DNA from: Sarea resinae
Taxonomy: Eukaryota
Direction: 5' to 3'
Assembly (NCBI GenBank): GCA_026026165.1
Contig: JAPEUD010000066.1
Coordinates: forward strand, 119,552-139,551
Length of the DNA stretch: 20,000 nt
Shown here: positions 1 through 9,947 of the stretch, in pieces
Numbering within the stretch: the stretch's first letter is position 1
How the letters are laid out: every line of letters starts with the position of its first letter
Made by a program: the position numbers and the translations under genes
The notes under the pieces: model-generated
Database searches by the model: none
What the model was told of the DNA's origin: nothing
The model's input: the letters and a program-made list of their open reading frames with translations, nothing else

Positions 1-2811
1 ATATATGCTTCTTGCGAATCTCTTCGAACTTACAATCAGATCCGGGGGCGTTCTGCATAACGAGGTTCAAGCCCTTTGGCAGGCGCTTGCTACCGGTCCT
101 TATGGAGGCAACATCCAAGTGGTCTTAGATTTTATTATTTCTCTGTGTCTTGATCGGAGAGAGCAGAACTTTGTCGACTATGCCAAGCAGATTGTAGTTT
201 TTCTATCGAGCACCCCGGCCGGTCTGAAGGTCGTGGAGTTCCTCCTTCTACAGATCACACCCAAAGCTATGGTTCAAGAAAAGCGAGATCCCCTCGCTCC
301 GCCTCCAGAAGCTCATTCCTTGCCTTACCTAGCTGATCTTTCGCTTGCATTGCCAATAGGCCACAAACAGGTATTGAATTTCCCAATCCATAAAATAATT
401 TGTCACAAGCTAAAGGAAACTAGTCCGGATTCTCACTCGGTCAGCTGGCGCTTATACTACTTGTTGATCTGATGGTATCACCTGTACAACTTGATCCCGA
501 GAACGTACCCCTATTATTGCAAGTTGTCCTCGTCCTATGGGATCATTATATCCCTCCCGTACAGGAACAAGCAAGGGAAATGCTCGTCCATCTTATCCAT
601 GAGCTCGTCATCTCGAGAGTCGAAGATGAGAACACCATTCCCAGCAAACACTCCATAGAAGATCTCATCGATTGTGTTCGCCAACACGAGCCCAAAGTCG
701 TGTGGGCTTATGAGGATAGCTGTGGAAAAGATGAAGATGGGGATGGAGGTAATCGAGTGCCGCCGGCCATGGCCTACGTCACGGAGAAAGTTGTGGAGAT
801 TTTTACTCTGACTTACCCAGGTATTCGGGAGCAATGGGCAAAGACCACCTTGAGCTGGGCAACTTCTTGTCCTGTGCGTCATCTTGCCTGTAGGTCATTT
901 CAACTTTTTCGATGCACTTTGACGTCGTTAGATCAGAACATGCTTGCAGATATGCTAGCACGTCTATCTAACACTATCGCCGACGACGAAACGGACATTC
1001 AAACATTCTCCATGGAAATCCTGACCACCCTCAAGACCATAATTGGAGCCTTAGATCCAGAGGATGTTCTTCAGTATCCACAACTATTCTGGACCACGAC
1101 TGCCTGCCTTGATACGATACACGAACGAGAGTTTATGGAGAGCCTTTCGATGCTGGAAGGGCTGATGGATAAGGTGGACTTCGGCGATCCGGAAAATGTC
1201 AGGATGCTCATGGATACATTGCCTCCGAAGTGGGAGGGAGATTTTGAGGGTGTTGAGCCTCTAATCTACAAGGGCCTGAAATCATCCGCCTCGTTAACTC
1301 GGACGCTTTACATCATGGAGAGGCTCGCCGAGCTTCCCAACAACGTAATCATTGGCGATGATAGTCGCCTGTTGTTCGCGGTGTTGGCAAATCTTCCACG
1401 ATTCCTTCAGAGCTTCGAAACCGGTGTAAGCGATCCATCATGCCTACGGTGCGCTGAGGCGTTGGCTCGAGTAGCTGAAAATCAAGGGTGTGGCCATGTC
1501 TCTCGATGCTTGACCGGGTTTGCCACCTCTCGCTACAGGTCGAGCGCAGACTTTCTTTCGCAATGTGTCTCCGCGATAAGATCTTTTTTCTTTCCGAAGT
1601 GGGACTTCCAGAGTCTAGTATTCCTCATGGGCTTACTCACTAACCAGCTCCCTTGGTTCAAGATCAAGACAATGGAATTGCTTTGTGTCATTATTCCGGA
1701 CATCGATATGAGGAAGCCTGAGATCTCCAGTCACGGCCCTGATCTAATCTCTCCTCTCCTGAGGCTTCTGCAAACGGAGTTCTGCCCTCAGGCTCTAGAA
1801 GTCTTGGATCACATCATGACAATGTCTGGAACGCCCATGGATAAACATCATCTGAGAATGAGCATGGCTGGCTCACATTCCCACGCGATCAGAAAAGAGT
1901 ATGAACGAACACAAAGCCTGTTCGGCATTCCAGAAGAGACCGGCTGGTCTATTCCAATGCCTGCGGTACATTCCACTACAACTCGACGTAACGTCCACGC
2001 GGTTTTTTACACTTGTGCGAGTGCCGAATTGATAGATACAGACACAGCCGCAACTCCCGAGGTGGAGTTCCATACGGATGAATTCCAATTTGGATCTTAC
2101 ATCCCAGATCGGACCATAACAATGATGTCTGATGAAGGCCGTGGAGATGGAAATATAGGCGAACTTGTCATGAAACTAGACAGTTTAGATGACTTTTTCG
2201 AGGATCATCTAGCCACCGATAATGTAAACGGCGATCACCAAACCCAAGAGCTCGTCGATTTTCCATCCGATGTGGCTGATTCGAGCGCCAGCCTATATGA
2301 CCAAGAAACGCTGCCCATTCTTCACAAATCTCTCGCTAGAACATCGAGCGTTTCGTCGTTCCAAACTGGATTTGCTGATGTCAAAGCTCCCGGTGCGCGC
2401 GACCCAGGCGTGATGACTCCAACAGCATTCGCTATTCCACAGGGGCTTCCGGGACGGCCTTCTATGCATTCTCGTTCTGTGACATCGCCAGCTGTGAACA
2501 GCTTTCAGACGTCAACGGGAATAGAACTTCTGTCTGATGACGATATGGATGAGATTTTTTCCGATGACGAGCATTCAACCACTACGGGGCAGGGCAACGA
2601 AGGATCTTTCTTCCTGGAAAATATGATACGGCCTTTAGCGCACGGGACTCGTTCGGGTATGCGGAGGTTAACGGGAGGGGGTGGGAAAGAACGAGAAAGG
2701 CAAAGGGACGCACTCCGCGCTGAGAGGAAATTTAATATGAATCCCTCCTCTCCCAGAGTTCCCAAAGTTCCGAGCGCTTACATGCAAGGTTCGCGTTCTC
2801 AGGATATATAA
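1..2811 (+). CDS. TAO3: Cell morphogenesis protein Tao3/PAG1/Mor2 (Furry family), C-terminal part; gene starts upstream of window; exons <1-370 and 424-2811
   Basis: ORFs 5..472 and 472..2811 join in frame across a phase-0 intron 371-423 (GTATTG...TAG), giving ...IGHKQ|SGFSLGQLALILLVDLMVS. Motifs WATSCPVRHLACRSFQLFR, LARLSNTI, YPQLFW and DLISPLLRLLQT are characteristic of the MOR2-PAG1 C-terminal region. Stop TAA at 2809-2811. Confidence 0.93.
371..423 (+). other. Spliceosomal intron (53 bp) in TAO3/PAG1
   Basis: GT at 371, GCTAA branch-like site near 409, TAG at 421-423; removal restores one continuous reading frame. Confidence 0.9.
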
Positions 2812-3206
2812 TTCTTTGACTGTCAGGCTTACTACGCGCACTTGCTTGCTGGTCGAACAGCGCCTTAGCCTGTAGGAATTTCTTCGGTTCAAAAGCCTTT
2901 CGCTACCTATACCCTATAGAATTCTTTTTGGCGAAGACCTCGTAGCCATTGGCGTCAAGGTTAATTTTTCAGAAATGTGAATGTGTTAGAGAATAAGGGG
3001 GGGGTAATCCTATTATTACCTATCTTTTAAGAAACTTTGATAATACTATAGTACCTTTAGGTGAATTTGTATATTACATTTTATCTGCTACAAATCATTG
3101 ACTAGCCTTTTATTAGAGTAGGTAATTATTACCTAGTAGGTTAGGTTAGATATTAGAATTATAACCTTAATACTAGTCACCTTTAAGTATCTAGACAGTT
3201 ATAGAC

Positions 3207-3590
3207 TGTTATAAGACAAGAAAATAAAATATCTAGAAGCTTCTACATACCTATAGAAGCTAATAGAATGTAGTAAAACCCTATAGTATATTATAGACTA
3301 TTCTAAGAGATTCTATAGCTATACTAACTAAGTATCTAGAACCTTTTAGAATGTTCTAGAACTATTTAGAAGTCTATAGAGTCTCTTAGACATCTATAGA
3401 ACTTCTATAACATAAGAGTTATATAACTATCCTTTAACTTTCTTATAAAGTATACTAGTATATTATTATTAGCTTATTGCTTACAAATCACTTATGTAAT
3501 TAGTTGTTACTAGAAGTTTCTAGTAAGTTAGTTAAGTCTATATATTAACTGCCTTATATCTCTATAGCTAGAATCTCTAAGTTTATAATA
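3207..3590. mobile_element. Possible RIP-degraded solo LTR of a second retrotransposon family
   Basis: Starts TGTTATAAG and ends TTTATAATA (RIP-compatible inverted termini). Contains repeated TCTAGAA/TTCTA motifs and TATATAA near 3420. No matching TSD found. Confidence 0.35.
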
Positions 3591-4114
3591 TATAATTATT
3601 CTATACTATACTTCTTTAGCACCTTTCTCTACTTATATCTTTGTGCTACTTTCTAACACTTTGTTTAAGCAATTTTATACTGAAAAGGCATTATAGACTC
3701 TTATAATTAAGCTAGTATATAGGTTAGGTTAAACAAATTAGAGGCTGTATTTACTAACTCTATATAGGTTTCTAGAGTAAATAGATTATAGATATAAAAT
3801 CTAATCTAGTAGTAAATTAGGTTAGTTTTTCCTTAGCACTACTATATATAATCTTAAAATAGCTTACAGTTAATAGAAATATATATAAGTTAGTGTTATA
3901 GAATTTACATGTTATAATGTTCCTTAGATTATAATTAAAATGATTTACTAGAGTTTACCTCTATTAATTTATTGCTAAAAGTAACAACTAATAGTAACAC
4001 TTATTATAAAGAAAAGATCTATAAACCTATTACTTTTATACCTTTTTTACCTCTAAACTCTCTAAGAAAAATATGCCTATTAAGTGCTATAACTACCTAA
4101 TAAACACTATATAA

Positions 4115-4741
4115 CTATTTAGAGTAGACTGCTAAATTCTCTATTATTTTCTTTACTAATTATATATCTTTCTACTAGATTATAACTCTATTAGTATAGA
4201 TAGCTATGTTATTAGAGTCTAAAAAGAGCGTTACTATATACTATTACTTTAGAATATTAAACTTAACTTACTATTAAAGAAGCTAGATATATAAAGTTCT
4301 ATTGCTTTCTAAATAGTATTAATAGTAGAGCCTTAGAAATAAAAGGACTTAGATAGATACTAATTAATTACTATTTCTTAGACTAAGTAGTAGAATACTA
4401 TCTTTAGTAATAAGAGTTAGCTGCTTTTTTAATAGTATTTTATCTAATAAAGCGTGCTTGCTAGAAGATATTATATTACTAATATATATTACTATAGAAT
4501 AGTAGATAAAGAACCTACTATTTAGTTTAGTCTTTCTATAGACTTTATTTATTACTAACTTAGCTATAGTAAAAGCTTTATTCTTAGCTAAGGTATTATA
4601 ACACTACTTATCTTATTTCTTATAGTGCTTATTAAAGCTCTTATAGTATTTATCTTATCTACTCTAGTATAACTTTATAACCTTAGAGAGAGTAGAATGT
4701 TTAAAGTTATAGCACTTTATATATTACTTAGTACACTTTAT
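4115..4741 (-). pseudogene. RIP-inactivated divergent histone H3-like gene, 3 exons (4741-4519, 4460-4272, 4218-4115), ~171 aa
   Basis: Minus strand, with RIP changes reversed: M-K-R-T-K-Q start (ata aag tgt act aag taa), ...HRKTKPG|TSALRQIKxYQKS.QLLLPK..F.RLVREI...SFRFQGSAI.AIQEA.E.Y...FF.|DSNNMAIHANRVTIQQKDMQLV. Two GT-AG introns (4518-4461 GTAGGT..CTAG; 4271-4219 GTAAGT..TTAG) keep the frame. Confidence 0.85.
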
Positions 4742-4811
4742 AATTACTATTTAAGTAAGAATTAGTTACTATATTCTATTACTATTAAAAAGACTTATAT
4801 AGAGTAGATTT

Positions 4812-4872
4812 AATAATAATAATAAGACTTAGTAATAATAATAAGACTTAAAGATAATAATAATAAGACTTA
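4812..4872. repeat. Short tandem repeat, 3 copies of (AAT)n-AAGACTTA (~19-22 bp unit), upstream of the H3-like start
   Basis: aataataataagactta occurs three times in succession. Confidence 0.75.
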
Positions 4873-5139
4873 ATAATAGTGTAAGATCTATAAAACAAAT
4901 AATTATTACTAGATACTATTACCTTATAATCTTAGATTATAACTTACCTAACTTTAGAGAATAGTAAGGTAAAGTAGAATTAATAGCTCTAATTAAGTAG
5001 GTATATATATACTAGTTACCTTTCTAAGTTACTAGCTAGAATATTAAAGAAGTATAATAATCTAAAGGAAATCTATAGAGGTATAATAGCTAAAAGAGAG
5101 AGGTAGTAAAGTATATTAGTAAAAAGAGAGGTGTACTAC

Positions 5140-5526
5140 TATAAGGGATTAAACTAGATCGCACTAGATAAGTGCTAGATAGTCTTAAAGATATAGGAAC
5201 TGCTAAATTGTAATAGCGCTGCTATACTTAATAGTTGTTAAGTGTGTTATTATCTTAGGTCTTACTACTAATATATCTTAGAGAACTTAAATAGGTAGTA
5301 GAACAAGCGTGTTAATTAATATAAGCTATTAGCCTATAGCTTAGTAACTAAGTAATAAGAGGAAGAGAAAAACTAATGTGCTAACTACTTGCTTAACTAA
5401 ATGCTAGAAAACTAATAACTAAATGCATGTATAAAGAACTAATAATACCTCTTTTTAAACCCCTAAGGAATATAACCCTACTACTAACACCTAATAACTA
5501 AGCTATTACTAGTTTACCCTATTATA
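5140..5526 (-). repeat. 3' LTR (387 bp)
   Basis: Collinear with 16515-16901; by manual count about 25 differences, all transitions, no indels. Confidence 0.95.
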
Positions 5527-5538
5527 TCCTTCTCTCCT
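5527..5538 (-). promoter_or_regulatory. Polypurine tract (plus-strand primer)
   Basis: Plus TCCTTCTCTCCT = minus AGGAGAGAAGGA, directly abutting the 3' LTR. Confidence 0.85.
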
Positions 5539-5978
5539 ATAAAAATAAAGTTAGCCCTTAACTTTACTAACATATAAAAGACATGTCTGTTAAGGAAAAG
5601 GTAGGAAAAGCGTTCCTATAACTTGTTGCCCTTACGCTTTCTAGTTAAGCAGTAGAGAGATAGGTCTATTACTTGTCTATACAATTGTAGCATTTCTTGT
5701 ATAGTCTAGCTATTAAATAGATTAGACAACTTATTCCCTAGTAGCAGAGCTTCTTAAACACTTTTATAAGGAGATGTTTTAGGATTTAATAATGCTGCAG
5801 TTTTCTACTTCTTTAAAAGACAGGCTAGGAATAGTCCTTATTGTTTGCGCTTATTAGGTTTAGAACTCCTAGCCTATCTAGAAGAACCTTTGCTAATTAT
5901 ATTACAAGCAAGGTCTTAAGAGAGTTAGTCTATTAGATTAAGCAATTGCATTGCTTTTATTATTAGTTAGTCTTAAAC

Positions 5979-8894
5979 TTAGGTAAACTCTTTACTTGCT
6001 GCCTTTTCTATATTATTGTTAGTAAAGACTAGCTTAATATCTAATTCAACAGCGAACTTTCTCTTAGCTAGGCTAGAGGAAACAATTTTGTAGAGGTCTT
6101 CTAAAACATCTAATTCTTCTAACTGTTTAGAGTCTGTATTATTATTAGATACATGTGTTCTGTGTTCTATAGAGTAGAAATATAATTTGTTTCTATAGAG
6201 GCGCATTTCTATTCGCTTAAATACCTTAAAGGCTTTGTAGTATTAGCTTAGAGCTTAGCGTCTCTATTGCTAAAGATATCTAGTGACCTTATCTGTATTA
6301 TCCTCTATAAGAATTCTTTGCTCCTCTATAACTTCTAGCTTGTTAAATCTTCTCCTTCTAACTAAGTAATTAGATGTAGCCTCTAACTCTATTAATAAGA
6401 CTGCTGCTAGAAATTTACCTAGGACCTCTCTATACATATTAGGATGCCTGCTTAGGCTGTTTAGTAGAGGTGTTAGGTCTCTAAAACATGCAGATATATT
6501 CTCTTAAGTTCCTAACTCTAAAGCCTCTAGAGTCTAGTAGTTAGTATAGACACAAACTTTCTACAGATAAATAACGTAGCAGCAAGCTGTTAGCTTTTTA
6601 GTAGTCCTATAGGCGGCCTTAGGATTTGTAACTCAGAGGTCCTAGGCTTAAAGAGGCTATATAGTCTTTATTATGCTAAATCTTTCTTTGTCTGCTTTTA
6701 TAACCTATCTTCTATTAATAGTAGTAACTTTCCTAGTGTGTGTGTATAGCTTTAGGTTGTGTTTCTTAACTTCTTTAGCCTAAAGTTTAAAGGAATAACT
6801 TATGCTAAAGTAGACTATAGTGCAATTTTGTTTATCCTTAGGTTTAATAGCAATAGCGAATTGAATTATATTTGCGCCTTAGTCCTTCTTAGCTAGCTTA
6901 TAGACATTCTAGTCTAAATAGTAGAATCCTATATAGTCGCCTTTAGATAAGGATTTAGTATAGTAAGGATAGCTAATAAGCTGTATATTCTAGTCTAGCT
7001 AGTAGAAAACAGTAATTAGGTAATGCTACAGGTCTATATTAATTAGCTGCTAGAAAAGAGAGTAGAACATTATCTAAACCTAACTCTAATTAGCTTTCCT
7101 ATTAACCTTGCGTTAATAATGTTTGTAGCACGCAAATTCTTCCTTTACTATATCTGCTAGTCTAGGTGCTAACTCTATCTATTAGTAAGCTTTGTTAATA
7201 ATAACTGATCTATTTTTGTTCTAGTCTGCTATATGTGTCTTAAACTGCTGTTTAGTATAGGTATAGGTAGGTATAAACTCCTCTATATTAGTTTCTACCT
7301 TTAACTAGTATAACTCTCTAGCATCTGCTAGGCGCTTAGGTTAGATCTTCTTGCTAAACTAAATGTAGGTTTCTTTCTTAACTATAAAATCTACGAAATC
7401 TCCTAGCTAGGCTAGGAGCTCCTGAAATTATTGTCTTAATTCTATGTCTAAAGCATTATTCTTTATGCTAATACATGATGCAAGTGCCCTTATATAGTTT
7501 TAGCAAAGCTATTTAGTATTATATATTATATTAATTGTCTTCTACATTTGTAATAGCTTAATCGCGATTGCAAGGGTGGCTAGTTTCTTGCTTGCAACTG
7601 CATCTAAGAGTAAAGCTAGGACCTATAGAGTACATTTACAGCCTTTAACAACTAGCTTCTGTTTGACTTTAGATTCCTTTAACAGAATCTTTAGGCCTAT
7701 CTAAGAGTTCTTAACTAGTTGTAATGCTCTAATAGTTAAATTTAACATGATATTCTTAGCCCTAAGTAATAACAACCTAGTAGCAAGTGCTTTCTTTTCT
7801 AATTCCTCTTCTAGAAACTCCTTAGGTTTCTTCTCTTTATTATTATTAGCAGCAAGTCTCTCCTTTATAGCGTCTTTATAATCTGTCTTCTTCTTTAGTA
7901 GATCTTATAGGCTATTCTATTCTAGGTTAGCTTCTCTAAGGATCCTATATATATTAATAAGTGCTCCTACTATCTAAAGGTCTTTCTTAGTAAACAAGAA
8001 GATTTCTAACTTTTTACCTTTCTCTAACTTTTTAAGAGCCTTTGCTAGTTGTTTCTAATCCTTAGAAGTTTGCTTAACAATAGATTTAGAAAGCCCTTGC
8101 TTTCTTCCTCCTATAAGTTGTTGTATAGCTTCTAAGTTTGCTATTCTTATTGCCTCTTTAAATAGATACTAAGCTATAACATGCTTTATATTATCTAGGT
8201 GATTTCTAGACATTTCTGCTTCTAGCAAATAACAGGCATTATTATCTCTCTACTTGTTTCTAATCTTTTATCTTCCTTTAGCGATACGCTTCTTCTTATT
8301 ATAGGATTCCTTAGCAAGATTAAATATCTTAAGGATGTTGCCTATCTAGTGCGTCTTAATATACTTAGCTAACACTAAGTCCTTTTTAACTTCTTTAACA
8401 CTCTATTTATACATCTATAAATAACAGGTATAATGCTTGCTTATCTTATTAATAAAAGTCTTATAGAAGTCGACTTTTTCTTAGAGGTTAGCTATTATAC
8501 TTATATAAGTGTGAATAGATTCTACATTCTAGAATAGGATGCTAGAAATAGTTATAAACATATCTTTTGCCTTAAGCGCTGTTGTACTAGGTGTAGCTAG
8601 TGTAAGAGAGGTGTAGAGTAAGGTAGAAGATATATTAGTCTCTTAGTTTTCTTCTAGTTAGTCCTAGAGATTAGACTGTGTAATATGTCTTAGAGAACTT
8701 AACTTAGCTGCTAGCGCTTCTAATATTAAGGTGTCTACTTCTTCTTCTTAGGTATCGCCTTTAAATTCTTTACAGATAATAGAGAGATTAAGCTGTGTAG
8801 TAAGAGTGATAAAGAGGTCCTAGCTATTGCCTTTAGATAAGGTAGATAGGGGTGCTAGGGTTTCTTCTTATGTAGACAATTGCTAGCCAGCTAT
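5979..8894 (-). pseudogene. Retrotransposon-borne extra ORF (ORF3, ~970 codons): S/P/T-rich N-terminus, helical/basic region, CxC...CxxH motif, C-terminal 2OG-Fe(II) dioxygenase-like (PhyH-type) domain
   Basis: One frame throughout (same as track ORF 5979..6206), broken only by RIP-type stops. De-RIP: EEFACYKHHQR...MFYSLFQQL...LISYPYYTK...GF.HLDWN (HxD 6920-6912)...GANMIQFAIAI..ED.QNCT...RVTNPKAAHG (distal His 6611-6609)...RRYVIYPW (Arg 6584-6579). Start (aaaATAgct, 8894) and end are approximate. Confidence 0.72.
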
Positions 8895-9947
8895 TTTTAG
8901 CGATTCTTATCTCCTAGACTGTCTAGAAGATTAGAGAGAGCAAATATCCTTAAGGGTATAAAAAGATTTTTCTCTTAGGAATGCTAAGAGATTGTAAATA
9001 ACTGTAGAGTGTGATTAGATAAGAGAAGTAATTGTGTAGATTTTCGCTTATTATCTAATAAGGTGTTAGACAACAAGTGCTAATAGTAAGTAAGCTAATA
9101 AGGTAGAGAGTATAAGCAAGCTAATTAAGAGGAAGAGTTTGTAATAGGTGAATAATATTAGAAGAGCAGATAAGATAGTAGCAGCAGAAATTGCATAAGA
9201 AGTAGGAAAATATTTAGAGAAGATAGAGGTAAGCAAGTAGAAGATGTTTTCTTATAGTTCTTACTTAGAGTGCATATAACTAGATTCCTACTAATAATTG
9301 TTAGATATTAGCGTAAAAAAAGTGTTATCTTGCTTTTCTTTTATAGTGAATTTTAGCGTGTTATTAAGCTAAAGTAGTAGCTGCAGCGTTAGTAATACAC
9401 TTAAGCAAGGTTCTTTGTTATCTATATTGCTTCTTTATTTACCCTTACTTTTATACATGTTTTGCACCTAAAAGTAAGGTAAAAGTAAGATAAATTTAAG
9501 ATAAGGTTAAGCAAGTAGTAAGAACAATCTTTGCAACGCTAACTAAGGCGAATAGTAGTTGTAAGGCAGATATATAGTGCTTGTGCAAGTTAGGAATACT
9601 TGTCATACAATTTTACTAACTTATAGCGTGTTATTAAATTTAGATAAAGGCTGCATACTCTATAGTGTTACTCTTTAGGTCTAACTAGAAGATTAAGCTA
9701 GTAGAGTTTGTTTTACCTTAATATAAGCTAAAGAAGTGAAGTAATATAATGTGTAATAAATTAGAAATGTTATTACAAATTGTTAGGTATACTATACTAT
9801 ACAATATAAGCTGCGCCTCTTACGCCTCTAGCAAGGTAGACTGTAGTTAAAAAGATCTAGCTAGATAAGGTTATATATATACACACCTCTCTCTAGTTTC
9901 TTTTAAAACTTCTAGCTAGGCTAGAAAGTTTTATGCTATATAATTAG

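Noticed and set aside
5..472. ORF 5..472 and ORF 472..2811 as two separate genes
   Set aside because: They are exons of one gene; the tail of the first ORF is read-through of intron 371-423.
535..2892. Minus-strand ORFs 535..882, 1873..2088, 2505..2765, 2668..2892
   Set aside because: Antisense shadows of the TAO3 CDS with no recognisable motifs.
2984..3010. TGTTAGA plus G-run as an LTR start or PPT, pairing with TCTAACA at ~3658 or ~17761
   Set aside because: No matching TSD and no second LTR copy; short matches are expected in RIP'd DNA.
4115..4741. Calling the H3-like gene CenH3 or canonical H3
   Set aside because: It keeps RTKQ and RFQ (fungal CenH3 typically has RWQ and an unrelated tail), but is too divergent in tail and fold, beyond RIP-type changes, to be canonical H3. 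No symbol assigned.
4812..4872. CRISPR-like array
   Set aside because: Eukaryotic context and no unique spacers; it is a simple tandem repeat.
5979..8894. ORF3 as a nested DNA-transposon transposase or an env gene
   Set aside because: No DDE/hAT motifs, TIRs or TSD seen, and no evident signal peptide or transmembrane anchor; the motifs fit a dioxygenase instead.
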